Shown: positions 37,111 to 51,441 of the stretch, piece by piece
Position numbering within the stretch: the stretch's first letter is position 1
How the letters are laid out: every line of letters starts with the position of its first letter
Assembly (NCBI GenBank): GCA_965203295.1
Contig: CBDBCZ010000017.1
Location: 736,001-800,000 of the forward strand
DNA: 64,000 bases
Direction of reading: 5' to 3'
From: Nitrospirales bacterium
GTDB taxonomy: Bacteria; Nitrospirota; Nitrospiria; Nitrospirales; UBA8639
Translations under genes and position numbers: made by a program
The notes under the pieces: generated by a model
What the model was told of the DNA's origin: nothing
Seen by the model: the letters and a program-made list of their open reading frames with translations, nothing else
Database searches by the model: none

Positions 37111-39690
37111 CTCATGAAGCCATATCATCACACTAGCACCAGTGTGAGTTAACCTAGCATCGCCTGGGGAATTTGCCCCTGGGGAATTTGCCCCTGATTA
37201 GGCATGCTCACTGGCATTGTGGCATTGTGGGATGGGTCATTGGGTCAGCCTCCCAGGACACCCCTGCCACAGCCACCGCTAACCTTGAATATAACCACTA
37301 GGCCCCTTTTATACATTCCTGGTTCCATACCCTTGGGAGGCGAGGTGTGGGGGTCCTTGGACCCCACCCTAGGCCAGAGCCGTCATGTTAGATGACCACT
37401 GGACAGCTAGCAGAGAAAAGAAACAAAATACAAAGACAAATAAATAAATAAACAGCAGCAACAACGGAAAAAAATGATAAGACAAATTAGACTACTCTAG
37501 GCAAGACTGGCCTCAAACGGAGAGTGACTTGGAGGGGGAATGTTAGCCTCGAACCCAGGCCTTACACACCCAGATTTTATCTCGCAGCCTTGGTGAAAAA
37601 TGCGAGATAAAATCCGGGTGTGTAAGGCTGGGTTCGATGCTAAATACGTATAGCACGAGGCAGGAAAGGAAAGGAAATTTTCTGACCGGCCCAGTGGGCA
37701 TGCAGAATACAACAGCAAAACAGAAAACATGTACAGCTAAAACAAGACATAATATAGTTTCGGCCTTGCATGCTCTTTGGATGAGATAGCAGGCACTACG
37801 ATGCGCATGCGCGCCCTGACGCAGGCCGCCCTCCCCTGGCCCTGCCTTATCGCGCCCGCCCCCAGTCTAGGTCTCGTATGGGCCGTATACTTCGCGAGAC
37901 TACACCTAATAACCCGGGGCGGAACGGTAGCGGAGCGTTCCGTCCCGTATACGTAATATGGAATGTCACGATCACACGCGGAAATTTTACTGAGGGGCGT
38001 GGTTGTACTAGATATGATTGCCGATCGAGCGAGGGATCAGCATTACAGACCAAAACGTTCCTGTTGACGGCATAGGTAGTGGACTTCTACCTTCCATCAG
38101 CCAATCAAGGCAAGTTCTAACTAGCTACTAGTCTCGCGGGCCAGTTAGGGGCTGGCTCGCGAGACTAACTAGCTACACTGCTGTGCTGGATGCCTGGAAT
38201 TAAAAATCCAGGAAGATAAATACATTCCTGGTCGTACAGAGGCCTGGATGCAGTCGCTATACCACTAAACCACCAATTGCGTGCATGTGCTCTGTATATC
38301 TAGGGAGGAGGGAGCATGTATATGTAGGATGCCTGACTCCCGGAAGTGGGTGTGGTCTACATTCCCTAACCCTGGCCCTGACCCTACCTAAGACCATACC
38401 CTCTTCCAGGAGTTAAATATCCTACATGACCCGGAAGAAGACCACTAGGTAGTCTCGCAGGCCAGACTGGCCCACGAGACTAGCCAGTAGGCCCGTATAT
38501 AGGGCTAGTCTCGCGGGCCAGACTTCACTGGAAGTGAAGTCTGGCCCGCGAGACTAATATAGGGAGGGCATGGTGCTCTATTGTCCTATGCATATGGTAG
38601 GATAAAATAGGACTTGGCATGGTATTTTACAAGAGGCTTGTCGGAAAACATCACTTTTCAGGTTCAGGGATCCAGTTTAAACCGAACTAAACCACTTTTG
38701 TGGTAATCCACCTCCTGTTCAGAATGTGGTCCGTACCGTGTAAGCTGGTTTTTGAGGCATGTTTGTAGCTACTTATCCAGTTTTAACTGGATCCTAACCC
38801 AGTTTAAATGCCTGATGTTAACTAGAAGTCTCTAGCAGAGACCTACCCCGCACTCCTGGACCTTGCAGACTAGAAACAGCATGTAACGCCGTATGCGAGC
38901 TGTAGGCGTGGCTGATCGCCGTAGTAATGACACGGGCGTTTCTCTACGTATACTCTAGTATGCTTTCTATCTCTTCTAATCTCCATGTTGAATAAAAGAC
39001 TCATATACCATACTCGAGCGCTCACGTATGTCCGTATTCAACCTGTAGGCATGACCAATTTCCGTATTAAAAAAGGTGTGACCGATTGCCATATTTAAAA
39101 AATGGTGGAACACACCGATAATCAGAAAAGGCTTGGATATACTGAGAATAGAACCGCTTTCTACTTTATCAGGTACATATAAGCTAATGTACCACGAACT
39201 CGAGCATTATCCTCCAGTTTAGAAGTTGTTGTAGCCTCTAAATCGCCCGTTCGAAGGGTTTTCCAAAAAAATTTATGACAGACGACCACGACCACAACGA
39301 CAACGACGACAGACAGATAAAACCGATTGCTTAACCCTGCTTGCGCATACGTGCGCAGGGTAATAAGACAAATGCACTCGAACTACTACATACTCAGCCC
39401 AGCTGCATGAAACACGTGACACTGCATGACAGAATTATGAAGTAGCTATTGGTCTGGCAGGATGTCAGTTGGGGTTTTGGTTCAGGCCAGGGTTCGGGTC
39501 AGGGTTGGGCCTAGAGCCTAACCATATTGGATTTAAGGTAACTGCATTGCATCAATATCAAGATACAGGCTTGTGCACGAGTGCACATGCCCGGCCATTC
39601 CCCATTGAAATGTATGCATTTCCTGCCGGACCAATAGCTACATCTTTAAAATTAATGATGTATCTCTTCCTATCTCTCCAGACTTGTGGC

Positions 39691-42600
39691 ATGGCTGCCC
39701 AATCTGACGATGTAGGTGTGTTACGGTTCCATGAGAGGTGTGGGGAGGCAGTGATAGTGGGGGACAATGGGATGACAGTGGAAAAGAGGGAGAAGCTGCA
39801 GCAAGCAGACATTGAGCATGGGGGACTTTGCAAGTACGTTAGCTTTGTGTGTCAAAAAAAAAAAATTAAACACAGATCCCATGCATGCTGCACTCTTTTA
39901 TCCTAGATAGCTTCAGCTGTGCTCATTTCATCAGGACCAATGACTGCTGATACTATTATGAGATAAAGTTTATTATGATGCATGGTGCTTCCTAAATCGT
40001 GTCTGCTAACATCACTCATGCAAACTACCTAATATGACTGTACAATGAAACACTTATGTTTTGGCCCCCAAATTAGGACATACACCTCTATAGCTGCATT
40101 GTGCAAAGCCCCAAATGTACTTATTATACATTAACCCCTGAAATGAGGTCGCCACTTTAAACAGGACCTTTTACTTGTTCCAGAGAGGTGTCCAGAATAG
40201 AGGGGTCCCACTACAGTAGCTGTAGCTGTACTGTATATTGTTATCCTGATACAGAATCAGTGGCTCTTCTTGTGCTGCACTCACCAATCGCCCCCTTCGT
40301 GTGTCTGAGATCTTTGAAGTGGAGATCACTGAAAACCTAAAGCACCCTACTGGCTCACTGTCTATTGGACTCATTTCTCAAAGGTTAGTAGCTAATATAT
40401 GCCGTAACAATTGTTCTATATAGCTCTTGATGACTACCGTATAGCGGGAAATTTTCGCTAGGGAAAAATTTCGCCAAACCCAGATGTGTAGTATTACGGG
40501 AAAATTTCGGCAGATTTATTTTCGCGCACATGCGATTGGGCAAAATTAAATTCCATGGCATTATTAATAATTATTCCTTTCAACACGGCAGTTTAGCAGT
40601 CTCGAGCAGCTTGGAAAAGTGTCTTGCTGCCACAGAATCTCCGTTCTCACTAGCGATTTGGACTTTAGTTCATTACTTAGCTTCATATAAGGCCCTCTCT
40701 TCGCCTTTATAGCCTCTTCTTGGTGCCGAGCATTGGTAACGGCTGTGTTCGCTTCCGCAATCGCCCCGCTATACGGTATAACGATTATGATATGTCCCTA
40801 CTTTCCTCTGTTGAGCAAGTATAGCTTTGATCATTCATGGGTGGTATTCTCTATGAGCCTAAAGGGCAAATAGAGTGTGCCAGCCATGATCAATATAGCT
40901 ACTTGGTATAAGGGATGTAGCATAAATATGACGGCTTCTAGGCTATACTCAGCGGAGCTATATATAAAACTAAGAAAGACACATTTCTATGGTAACCCCT
41001 ATTAATTAGCCTCGTTCTCAGGCCTCCAACATTAAAAAGCAATGGAGTGGAGCCTGGGAACCAAGCTAACGTGATATAGAAACACTCAATACTCATATAG
41101 CGGTGTACCCTGATAGAAGATGATAATTCTACCTAGTAAGATAATATTATCATAATGTGTAACAAAAATGAGAACACATCTGTGGGTGTTTAAATAATTG
41201 GAGGGCACGAAACACTAGACTCATTACTACAACTGGATCGCACAAAATTTAATGAGATGCATATTATGGGAATTACATCTGCATACCCATGTACCTTCCT
41301 GTAGTCCCGAAACAATTGACTTTCCATTTGTCATGACTGACCTACGTGCTGGAACATGGATACTCCAGGGCTTAACTTCAGGGGCCAGAGTTATGGTTGC
41401 TGGAGAGACAATCACAAACGAGTTTCTGTCACCAGCTGAAATGGATAACTTGAAAGCAAGTATAAGTCATTGTGTGTCCACACAATTGCCAATGTTAGGA
41501 TGAGCTAGGCAACTTTGTTATTTTTTGAAATGAATATATAGTGTACGTATACCTGTATTAAGGAATGACACTTGTCATTGTATTTACAATGACACTTGTC
41601 ATTGTATTTACACGCCCTTAATACAGGTATGTGGGTTTACGTTGAGTAAATCCATGCATTGAGCCATATTTCCGGCTTAAATGTACTTGTGCATACCTTA
41701 GGCTATGTCTGATAGTGTTTATGTTATACAGCACTGCAGTAAATTATTTCCTGAGCTTGTAATTTGACCCATAACCTTTTCTGCAACCTCAGTACATTGT
41801 ATCGAGTCAGTTTATTTATTGTATGGGATATACAGCAGGAACTGGTTGCATAGTTATTCCACTGTATCTCAACTGTTTGTTTAGTGTGGTGACAGACTGG
41901 GTTTAATGATCACAAAGGAGAGGTCGCTAGTGATCATTCTCAATCGGAAGATTGTGGGCACTGCGGCCATGGGCATCCCTGAGGGTGTTTACGCCTTTGT
42001 GGAGATCCACAGAAAGTTTCAAGCAGTGAAGTTGAATCTTCTCACGCAAGAGGTAAGTGTATTCCAACACAGAGTTGTTTTCTTTCCAATACCAAATACT
42101 CGGCCGTGGCTGTGTTTTAGGGTCCTCAAAGAGTTGTAATTACATATTCATCTAGTATTGAGGGGCTAAAGAACCCCTGCATGCACCCAGAATACTAATC
42201 AGAAGTTCATATTCACTGCTACTGGAGCCTGGGTGTATGCAGAAAAGCAATAGGCAAGCTTTAATAAACCACTAATACAGCACTTGCAAGTAGGACTGGA
42301 AAAAGTTTATGCTACATGCACACAAACTTACTTTAATCAAACTACCACAGTATATACAAAATGATAACTCTACACTTTATTTCTTTTTTGTTAAGGAAAG
42401 TGCTCAAATACAGGCTGTACGTGAAGGTGAAAAGATAGTACATGAAGTGGAAAAGCATGTTGAGAATAAGCCTGCTGCCGATGAATTACCAGCTGTATAT
42501 TATAAACGTCTACTTCAAAGTTCACAAGAAGAGAACATTCGTCTTAAAATGGAGAACCAGAGATTAAAAGAAGAATCGCAGCAAAGAATGTTTATTGCTC

Positions 42601-43862
42601 AACAAAAAGATACTTTGGGGATGCAGCAACAGACAGCTATCCAGCACATAGAGCGAGAGAAACAGCAACTCCAAGCACAAATTCGCGATGTGGAAAAACG
42701 TCTACAAGCCGCTGTGAACGGCAATAGAAGCCTTCAGCAGCAGATCCAATCCCTACAGCAGCAGCTACACTCTGCAGAGCAGCGACTACGACAAGAACAA
42801 GCTTCCAGTGCTCCATTACGTCACCAAGTTCAATCCCTGCAAGCCCAACTTCACTCGGCAGAGCAGCTCAGTGCTGTACAGAGCGCTAGCATACAGCAGG
42901 CACAACAGCAACAAATCCGGTTACTAGAGCAGCATCTTGCCGAAAACATGGAGGAACTGCGACAAGAACGCGCTTCTATTGCTCCACTACACCACCGAGT
43001 TCAATTCTTACAACACCAGCTACAAGCCAACCAAAGTACAAGTCAGCGCTCGACACAGCACGCAGAGTTCTGGGAAGTCAACAGGGATGAAGTCTCATTC
43101 GACATGAGCAAAGTCTTGGGGACTGGTGCGTGGGGCTACACCGTAGAAGGCAAGTTCAGGGGGCAGACCGTGGCCGTAAAGTGCCTGCACGCTGAAATCC
43201 AGGAGCCCGAGTTCGTCAAGACTATCCGCCAGGAGATGAACATCATGGCGCAGATCCGACATCCCAACCTTGTGTTGCTGATTGCCGCCACTGTAGACAG
43301 CGACGCGGGCCATCTGATCGTAACGGAGCTGCTGGACACCACCTTGCTGAAAGCCTACCAGAAGGGTAAGCTGTCGACGGTCACTTGCAAGCTGGGTGTA
43401 CTTCGAGACGTCGCTTCTGCTCTAAACTACCTGCACCTCCATCGCCCCGAGCCGATCATTCACAGGGACGTCAGTTCCGCCAATGTGCTCCTGGAAGCGA
43501 AACCGAACGATACGTGGAAGGCGAAACTGGCCGACTTTGGCTCCGCTAAGCTAGTGAGGGAGGCCGCTACAATCGGTCCTGGATCACCAGCGTACTCCGC
43601 TCCGGAAGTTAGCTCGCAACTCGGAATTCCGCAGACGTCCAAAGTGGACGTGTACAGCTATGGCATCCTCGTGTGTGAAGTGGCATCAGGTCAGTTCCCA
43701 AGCCAGAAGAGTTTTCCAGGAATGGTTCGCCGTGTTGAAAGCAGCTGGCCCCCCGTACACCGTTTGATAAGCTCCTGCATCCAGCCTGAGCCAGACAACC
43801 GACTGAGGGTTGTAGATATTCTTGCAGAATTGGACAGACTCATTCGATACACACAAATGTAG
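39691..43862 (+). CDS. Neuralized-homology (NHR) domain - coiled coil - TKL-type protein kinase, 685 aa
   Basis: Exons 39691-39833, 40255-40383, 41305-41455 (GC donor), 41885-42052 and 42396-43862 join in frame. NHR motifs: LRFHERCG, TNRPLRVSEIFEVEI, GSLSIG, LKCGDRLGL, VYAFVEIH. A Q-rich coiled coil precedes a kinase with GTGAWG, VAVK, HRDVSSANVLL, DFG and APE. A probable non-coding first exon ends near 38075. Confidence 0.87.
40437..40776 (-). mobile_element. pogo-like non-autonomous element (deleted copy of the 57170-57698 element)
   Basis: TA-flanked ccgtatagcggg ends; internal sequence nearly identical to 57190-57440. Confidence 0.8.
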
Positions 43863-44629
43863 AGCATAGACTATCAGATGCCGATAGTAGCTATTAGTGT
43901 TTTTGTTTGAATTTGTTTATATACCTGTTTGCTGTTACTTTATTTTGATTTATAGATGCGGGGGGCCATACTTGAAAAAAGGTACGACGCGCACCCACCG
44001 AGTTGGTTGGTTGTTTTGGCGGGTCAGCAAAAAAGGTCCCAAAAACTAGGGAATTTTTTTGCAGACAAAAGTTCAGATTTTGGCAGTACAAGCAGTAGAG
44101 GATGCCTCATATCCATTATGCATCACATTGTGTACAGTTCGCATGTACTTGCATACAATAGTGACACTGATCTCACTTCATCACTTACTCGGCAGCAGCT
44201 TGCCGCTGCCTTCAGCCATGGTCGCTCAATCAGTAAGTGATTAGTTAGGGTTGGGTCAAATTAGTTAACCATTTTATGATGTCAATGCATGGTTAATTAA
44301 CTATTTATGACGTAATTAATTATAAGTATGACACTTTGTGATGCAGTTGGTAGGTTGCTTTGGGGGGTCTGCAAAAAAGGGGCTGTGCATCGTGGACTTT
44401 TTTTGCTGGGGCCTCCTGATAGATGAGCTGTAAAATTGTGATGTTCCCATACGAGCCCCGCCCATCCTTGCGCTTTGGAATTCTATTTTTGCGTCAATGT
44501 TTATTCCGTCAGTAAAATCAAAAACTGGCGGGAATTTGACTACCCTGGCCGTGAGCTCGTAGCTAGCTAGCTAGTGCTGGCGGAGCAAGCTACATGTAAC
44601 ATGCAGCTATCATTCAGCTCAGGAACATC

Positions 44630-47600
44630 ATGGAGTTGTTTGTGAAACAACAGTTGGAGTCATTTCTCCAGCAGTACGCCCCTACTGCTTGTCTCAGGTC
44701 AGTATAGACTACCTGTTGTTGTCAGAAATTATCTAGCGCACTGGCGGTAGGCCTCTATTATAGCAGTTCGTACATATAATATTATTGTATAATCTAAACT
44801 GTGATGAGAGCATGTTTGAGCTTTCAACAATAGGGTAAGTGTGGGGGTGTCGGGACGGCGCAGGTGGGGTTGTCCCGCACATTTACCTCATTCTCTGGGC
44901 CTTTCTATCTGCCTATGTTATGTATCATGAGCTACTGTTGTTCACTTGCAAGCACAGGCAAAAAAAAAGCCTTGGAAACGAGGCAAATATATCGCGCATC
45001 CAGACAACCCCTACTGTTCGGACCCCCCCTCACTAATTTTAGTCAGTAAGTAGTGTGACCTAGGATGAATCAGTCAACTGAGAGGGCTAGGCATAGTCGT
45101 TGGCGTCTAACATGAGATCATGCATGCACATATTTGGTCGCTGGCTTGTAAGACTGTACCTGCACGCAGCAGTTCAATATGACATCATGGAGTGCAGTCT
45201 CATTCCCAGGACTCCATGCACTCTGCAATTTTGGAGGGTGAGATATACCGCGAATTGCTGAAAAGTCAGATTTTTGCGAATTAAACTTTCGCGAATTATG
45301 GAAAACGACCGTTTGTGGGTGTGACAGTTTGCGCCTGTTGATATTTACACGCCCATTGATGGTGACACACCCCCGCACTCAATAAGAATTTTTGTGATTA
45401 AAACGTTCGCAAATTGCCCCAAAACCGCGAAATTAAAGTTTTCACCCGCGAAAGATTCCCGCTAGCTCTGAAATGGAGACTGGAAATAAGACCGTGGTGA
45501 AAGTTTGAATTCATGATCACTAGCGACTGAGCATCAAAAATTTTTGCTCTTCTGTAGTAACATTGACAGCATTGTCCTGGGCTATGTGGTGGAGGTTCTC
45601 TCCAGTTTGGGGGAGGAAGACGGAAGCTTCGATGTCGAGGAGCTCACAGAGATGATAGCAGCTTATGTCCCAGAGTTTGCCCAGATTGACAGGTATACTG
45701 GTACATAACAGTGTTGTATTTAGGATTTTTAGTTTGGGTGGGATCTTGAAAGTGGTGTTGGGTAGGGGGGGGGGGGGGGTGGCTGTTGGCATGGCCGCAA
45801 TTTTCTAAGGGGATCTGGCATGCATCCCCTGAATGTTTTATTTTTGTTTTTGTTTTTTAATTAGATATTTTTGAGAGTGGCTTTGAAGCAATTTGAGATG
45901 GCCTTGAGGTCATAAGTAGCTCAGTACAGACAGATTGCTAGCTGGTGCATTGTAAGTCTTACTCGCCCCTGTCAATTAAAACTCACCTACTGGGCAGAAA
46001 TGTGGGGGTAGGGGAAGCGGGACTGTTTGAGGGGGATTCCCCCCAGAGATATATACAGAACCCTAGCAGTCTGTAGCTAGCTCCACCTACTTCTGTAAAA
46101 GTGACCCCATTTAAACCATGCCTTCATTAGACTTTTAATGTTATGTTTATGTTCTGGCCATAGGAGGTCTTTAGTTTGGTCTGGCTTGTCTGTGAAACAT
46201 TATGTTTTTTGGCACATGCATTTTCTGCTTGTACCATAATGGATTGTTTTAGTCCCGCTGTGTACAGAATGCAGTAGTGCTACACGGAGACGGGTTTAGC
46301 AATCAGATAATGTATTCAGGGTTCTGCCCACACTGGTTGGCAGTGGTCGGGTCTAACCACCACTGAGCTTTTTTGACCACCACTCAGCTAATGGTTAACT
46401 CTATTTACAGTATTTTTAATATAGGAGAAAGTCCATTTAGCTAAAAGAAGTGTCTTGGAGATTGAATTTTGACCACCACTCAACGTCTCCTAGGTAGAAC
46501 CCTGTGTATTATTGTGATTAATCATACAAAAGCATGCAGCTGTCGACCACGCTCTTTCTCCCAGCACTAAGGTTTGCGAATGGATCTTCCAGTTGGCAGA
46601 ATTACAGCGAGAAAGAGCAGCTACCATTTCGAATAAGAAGCATGGTGACAGAAACGTTGAAGAGAAACCGGAATCACTCCAGGGAAGTGACTACCCTGAC
46701 GCTGTCTCTGGTGATACAAGCAGTCACCTGCCGTCTGGAGACTGCTTGGGACGGCAGCCAGTAGAGGGCGTGGCTGCGTCTTCGTCCACCGCTACTGCCA
46801 GTCTCGGTGGCTCCAGTGGTGGTAGTCGCCAGGCTGCCTCACACTGTGTAAAGGAAAGCAGCTCTAGAGATGCTAAGGAACTGGGAAAATGCCTGTACGT
46901 GAGAATTCTGTGTCCTGTTTTTGTGTGTGTGTGTGTGTGTGTTCACAATCTGATTTATGAATACTTTTCCTAAACTCTAAAGTCCCTCTTTTGGAGGAGG
47001 TGGTCACTTCTGGATTGGTTGGCTATTGCTAGGTTTAACCGTGTATATTTTTTTCCTAAAATTGGTGAACATTATCAAGTCGGTTATTGGCTTCCATAAA
47101 GATTTATGTTTTCGAGAGAGGTGGTCAATTTAGTGAGTGATAACAAGAGGCCAGTGTACAGAAGATTATCTGTTCTGTATATATTGGGCCAAAGAACACT
47201 ACAGCCGTGATGTAACTGATTTGTTACACAGGACACAGTCAGATACCCGGTATTACAAAAGCTTGTTGTTGATTTTCATCTGTTCTAGCGATCCTGAGAA
47301 GCTGACCATGCTGATGGAGATGTTTCCTGAGGTGTCCAGAGATGAAGTTGCGGAGAGCCTGGAGAGATGCCAGGGAGACATGGACGCAGCCGTACTGACT
47401 TTGTTGGAGTTTACAGACACGAATCCCAAAGAAGAAGAAATACACAGTACTGATGATATTGGGAAGAATTCCACTGCACAGCATCATAAGGTTAATGGGC
47501 GTATGGTTTGCCTAGAGTGTTAAATACAACCATTTCAAGAAAGAAGATAATATAGCAGCATATAACTATTCCGGAAGCAAAAGGTGGCGTTGCTTCCTAT

Positions 47601-48814
47601 GTGGGAAGGGTGAGGAAAACAGCCTAGAACTGGGCTTCCACCTGGTGATTAGTGTGCATATGTGCAAATACAGTGGAACCCCTCTATTGTGGACACCTTC
47701 GGGATCTGGTGAAGTGTCCTATATAGAGAGGTGTTCTCAATTCAGGGGTAATTTTCTATTAAGAAAGCATATCGGGACACAGCAAAGTTTCCTTAATTAA
47801 TACAGGGGTGTTCTTATTTCAGGGGTGTCCTTTAAGAGGGGTTCCACTGTAGTATAGTATGTGTGAGACTAATTGCATGGCGGTTGTTGACATAATGTTT
47901 CAGGAACACCCCAGCAGCTGTCAGAGCCATGGAGCAGTTGATGAAAAGACTGTCACAACTACAGCACCGGATCAGCAGCTGAAGGACTATGTCTTGTCAA
48001 GGTAGTAAAGTTCATGTGTAGCTATGTTATAGTCCATTTTGCACGTTTGATGTTTGTGACATCATTTGGAAGGTGCCCTTCTGTTGCAAATTAGTGAACA
48101 GTAGAAATAGGATGAACATGCAGAAGGGAGCATAAAGGCTTCAGACTGGTTGTGGTCACTGCTAGTGTGTACAGTGTATAATATAGAGTGATAATTACCA
48201 TACGTAACTCTGCCGTTCAAAACAAAGAACTGCTTAATTGTAGTCATATAGAGCTCGTGAAATGTTCCGCTTAAGACAGTGAACTTGTATCACGTCCCTG
48301 TCTCTGATCCAATGATGTCACTACAAAGGTCTGGATCAAAATCAGACTTGTGGCTGTTGTGTGAGCCCACCAAGTGGCATTTGCATCCCTTGGCTACCAA
48401 TTATATCCAGCCCCACCCCACACACTTTCTCTCTTCCGTTAACTTGCTTTAGCTATAATTAAAGCTTATTATTTGAACTGAGCTGGAACATTAGTTTGGT
48501 GCTCTCTCGTTCCTCTGTAGATACGCATTCGTTGATACCCATCAGGACAAACTTACACACAAGCCATTCTTGGCGAAATCTGTGAGTTTCTTCTTTAACT
48601 TTATTAAAATCTACAGTGCATGATTGATGGTGTATCATCTACAACAACAATTACATTGTAGCAAGAAAAGAAGCTGGTTCGTTACCGTGACAACCAGGTG
48701 GTGAGCACCAAGGGAGAGCGCTATACCATGGTGACCAAGAAAGACCACGAAGGAGAGGAAATGAAGAAGACATACGTGAACATAAAACCTCTCAGAAAGT
48801 ACAGGTTCCACTGA
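44630..48814 (+). CDS. CUEDC2: CUE domain-containing protein 2, 348 aa
   Basis: Exons 44630-44697, 45558-45692, 46565-46894, 47289-47490, 47904-48001, 48521-48581 and 48662-48814 with consistent phases. Motifs: [31 protein letters not shown], the CUE motif LMEMFP...[11 protein letters not shown], and C-terminal [18 protein letters not shown]...[18 protein letters not shown]. Confidence 0.95.
46317..46504. mobile_element. hAT-like MITE with 6-bp TSD
   Basis: TIR cagggttct.cc / gg.agaaccctg, flanked by TGTATT on both sides. Confidence 0.72.
47671..47849. mobile_element. Tigger/pogo-like MITE
   Basis: TIR cagtggaacccctct / agaggggttccactg with TA duplication. Confidence 0.8.
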
Positions 48815-49137
48815 CGAAAGCAGTTGTTGATGTGGTGTTAGTGTCTCGTGATATCAGTTTCTATAACATACACGGCAGCATCCCATTGCCATATACAGCG
48901 TACAGTTATGTGTTGTATATGTGAACCATTTTGTCCATTCGGTAACTGATTCTGTTGCACAACCCCAAGTTAGCTTTGCAGTGTGCCCAGAATGAAAGCA
49001 GAAGTGGCTCAGATTTTCCTGTTATGAAGTCATTGGGCTGTAAAACAATTCAAACCAACAGCCATATGTAGCTACACTTTGCCAAAAAGTGCAAAAACCA
49101 GTCGTGTAGGGATGCACTCCCACTAAAACATTTCCCC

Positions 49138-51410
49138 AAAAACCAAAAACTATAATGTACTAGGGAAGATGCTAGCCACATACTCTTAATTTAGCAGTGC
49201 TAATTCTAACCAGTGTGGACATGTGGAAATCTTCAGCTGAACGCACCTTTGTATCCCCACTCATGCCCTCTGATGCATATTATGTAGGCTAGAGGGCAAG
49301 GTACAGCCTCCAGCAATATATTATAATTTTAGGACTATATAACTCACACATAAATTTAACTTTCAGACACAAATTTAATGTGCTAATTAGTTGTACATGA
49401 ATTTCATAAGTATATAGTTGATGTTCCTCCTTTTTTTAAAACCACTATGGGCTTTTTGATTGAGTATATCTTTCCGCTTCAGTGTGCAGGTATTATGTCA
49501 GCAGCTTTATATAAAGTAGATATCTAACTACAGGCCATTTACAGTGCACAGGCCATTTAGTCAAGCTAGGCTGTCCACTAACATGCCTGCAACATCAAAT
49601 CTGAGGGATACACACACACACAGTCATGAGGTACTGTTGGAGTTCACAGTTCATGTGACTAGAATTCAATAATGATGCATGTTGCAATGACAACCCATAA
49701 TGATATTATATTGAAAATGAATCGAAGAGATTCGTTATCAGTTCCAGGAGCATGATATGCAGGTAACGTAAAATACATTTCTAAGAGTCTGTTCTCACGC
49801 TCTCCTACTCCTCTGTTTTGATTGTGCATACCTGCAGTGCACACACACACGGGATGTGTGTGGGTAGCTGTGTGTGTGTGTGTGTGTGTGTGTGTGTCAA
49901 AAGAGGAGAGCTCAGAGCAAGGTAGCTACTCTGCTGTGAATGTTACATATGAAGATACGATGGATGCCACTCTGCATGGGGTTAACAATTGCTAACAGTT
50001 ACTATCCCTTTTAATGGATGTGAGATTTTAAAACTTTCAAGTTCAATTAGTAAATATTATGAAGGTGCATGATGACTGAGGATATTATTGGTTCAGTACC
50101 ACCCTTGTATTTTTATTCTTTTTTACAAGCAGTTCTTAACAGATTGACGTCCCTGCTGGTTTTTGTGAGAGCTCATGCTTGAGTTAGCTGAAAACTTTAT
50201 GACCATGAATGGCTTAGACACTCATAGTTCAACAGCACAACAACAGAATTAAGGCCGCCAGTCGGAGAACTATATGCAGGACTAGAGTGGAGAAAACCAA
50301 AAAGGAATAAGAAGTTCGAGAATCGAAGAGAGAAGGGGGGGGGGAGCCTGTTTGTTCTAAGACTGGGCTCCATCTTATGGATGCAAGAAAACTGTGCGGG
50401 AAGCACCCATATCCTTCATATAAGATCCAAATAATTATTAAAAATACGAGGCTTGTTTTAAAGGTGTAGGTCCTGGAGTGAATTATCATATGAAAAAAGT
50501 TCGTGAAGGGGCTCGGGGAGTAGGAGCCTTTTATTTTATGACTGGGTTCCAACTGAAGATCGAACTCTTATGCTGAGCTTATTGATATAAAAGTCTTAAC
50601 TAGTCAAAAAGGAGTTTATGGGGTTAAAGGGAAAGTTCAAGGAATATACTTGTAGCAATATACCAATCAACTCTGACTATTATTGGCACCAAACAAATGT
50701 TTGCATTCATTTTAGGACATGTTATGGAGATGAGGTGGACAGTCCCTATACCTACCATGGTTCAGGTACAACCAGTTTACATGACCAGGTGGACAGCACA
50801 GATCCTGTTAGCTTATCTCTGTGGCTGATTTAACTCTTTACCAACCAATGACGCATATATGCGTCATGAGCTCCCATAAGCCCATATGAATTTATATGGG
50901 GGTTTTAATACTAGGCGTTAATACTTTGTACAGGCTTTTCTGCTTCTTTAAGCTGTTTCTTATGGTCGGTAAAGGGTTAATGGCTGAGTAATCAAGCCAT
51001 AATACATGTGGCTATAATTGTTTACAAGAAAAATATTGTAGTTTCAGCCAACAGATTGTATGGTGTATTGAGTCTTGTATCTAATCAGCTTCATTTATAC
51101 TGCAAACAGCAATTTCTGTTTTCATGCTCTTGGGAATTGGGTTTCCAGAGATCAGATAAATTAGTATTACATGTACTTTCAACATACATCAAGCTACTGT
51201 ACATTGCATGTGTTGAGTCTGCTTCTAATGATTACTGCAAACAGCAATTTCTGTTTTCATGTTCTTGGGAATTGGGTGCCCAGAGATAAGTGAAAAAATA
51301 CACCACAACCAAAACACAGTGCCAGTTAGTCAATCCTCAGTAGTGGTCTAGCCATATAGGATCGAATTGTCTTTGCTTTGACAAAAATTGAGTACAATTA
51401 TAGACTTCAA
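49138..51410 (+). repeat. Segmental duplication copy A (~2.2 kb)
   Basis: Colinear with 61917-63970 along its length (e.g. gggaagatgctagccac...; ctagaattcaataatgatgcatgttgcaatgacaaccc; gtggtctagccat) and partly with 58257-60152. Confidence 0.92.
50834..50976. mobile_element. piggyBac-like MITE
   Basis: TTAA on both sides and TIR c.ctttacc.acca. The empty TTAA site is visible in the duplicate copies (about 63540 and 59579). Confidence 0.88.
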
Positions 51411-51441
51411 ATATATAGTTTAGCTGTGTAGTATAGGGTAA

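Noticed and set aside
39300..39365. Helentron-like terminal hairpin (taaccctg...gcgcagggtaa), similar at about 57885-57920
   Set aside because: The partner terminus and boundaries could not be defined.
34286..39682. Direct splicing of the death-fold exon to the NHR-kinase
   Set aside because: A phase-1 donor onto the 39682 acceptor gives a stop within 8 codons; the other kinase-gene acceptors are phase 0 or 2.
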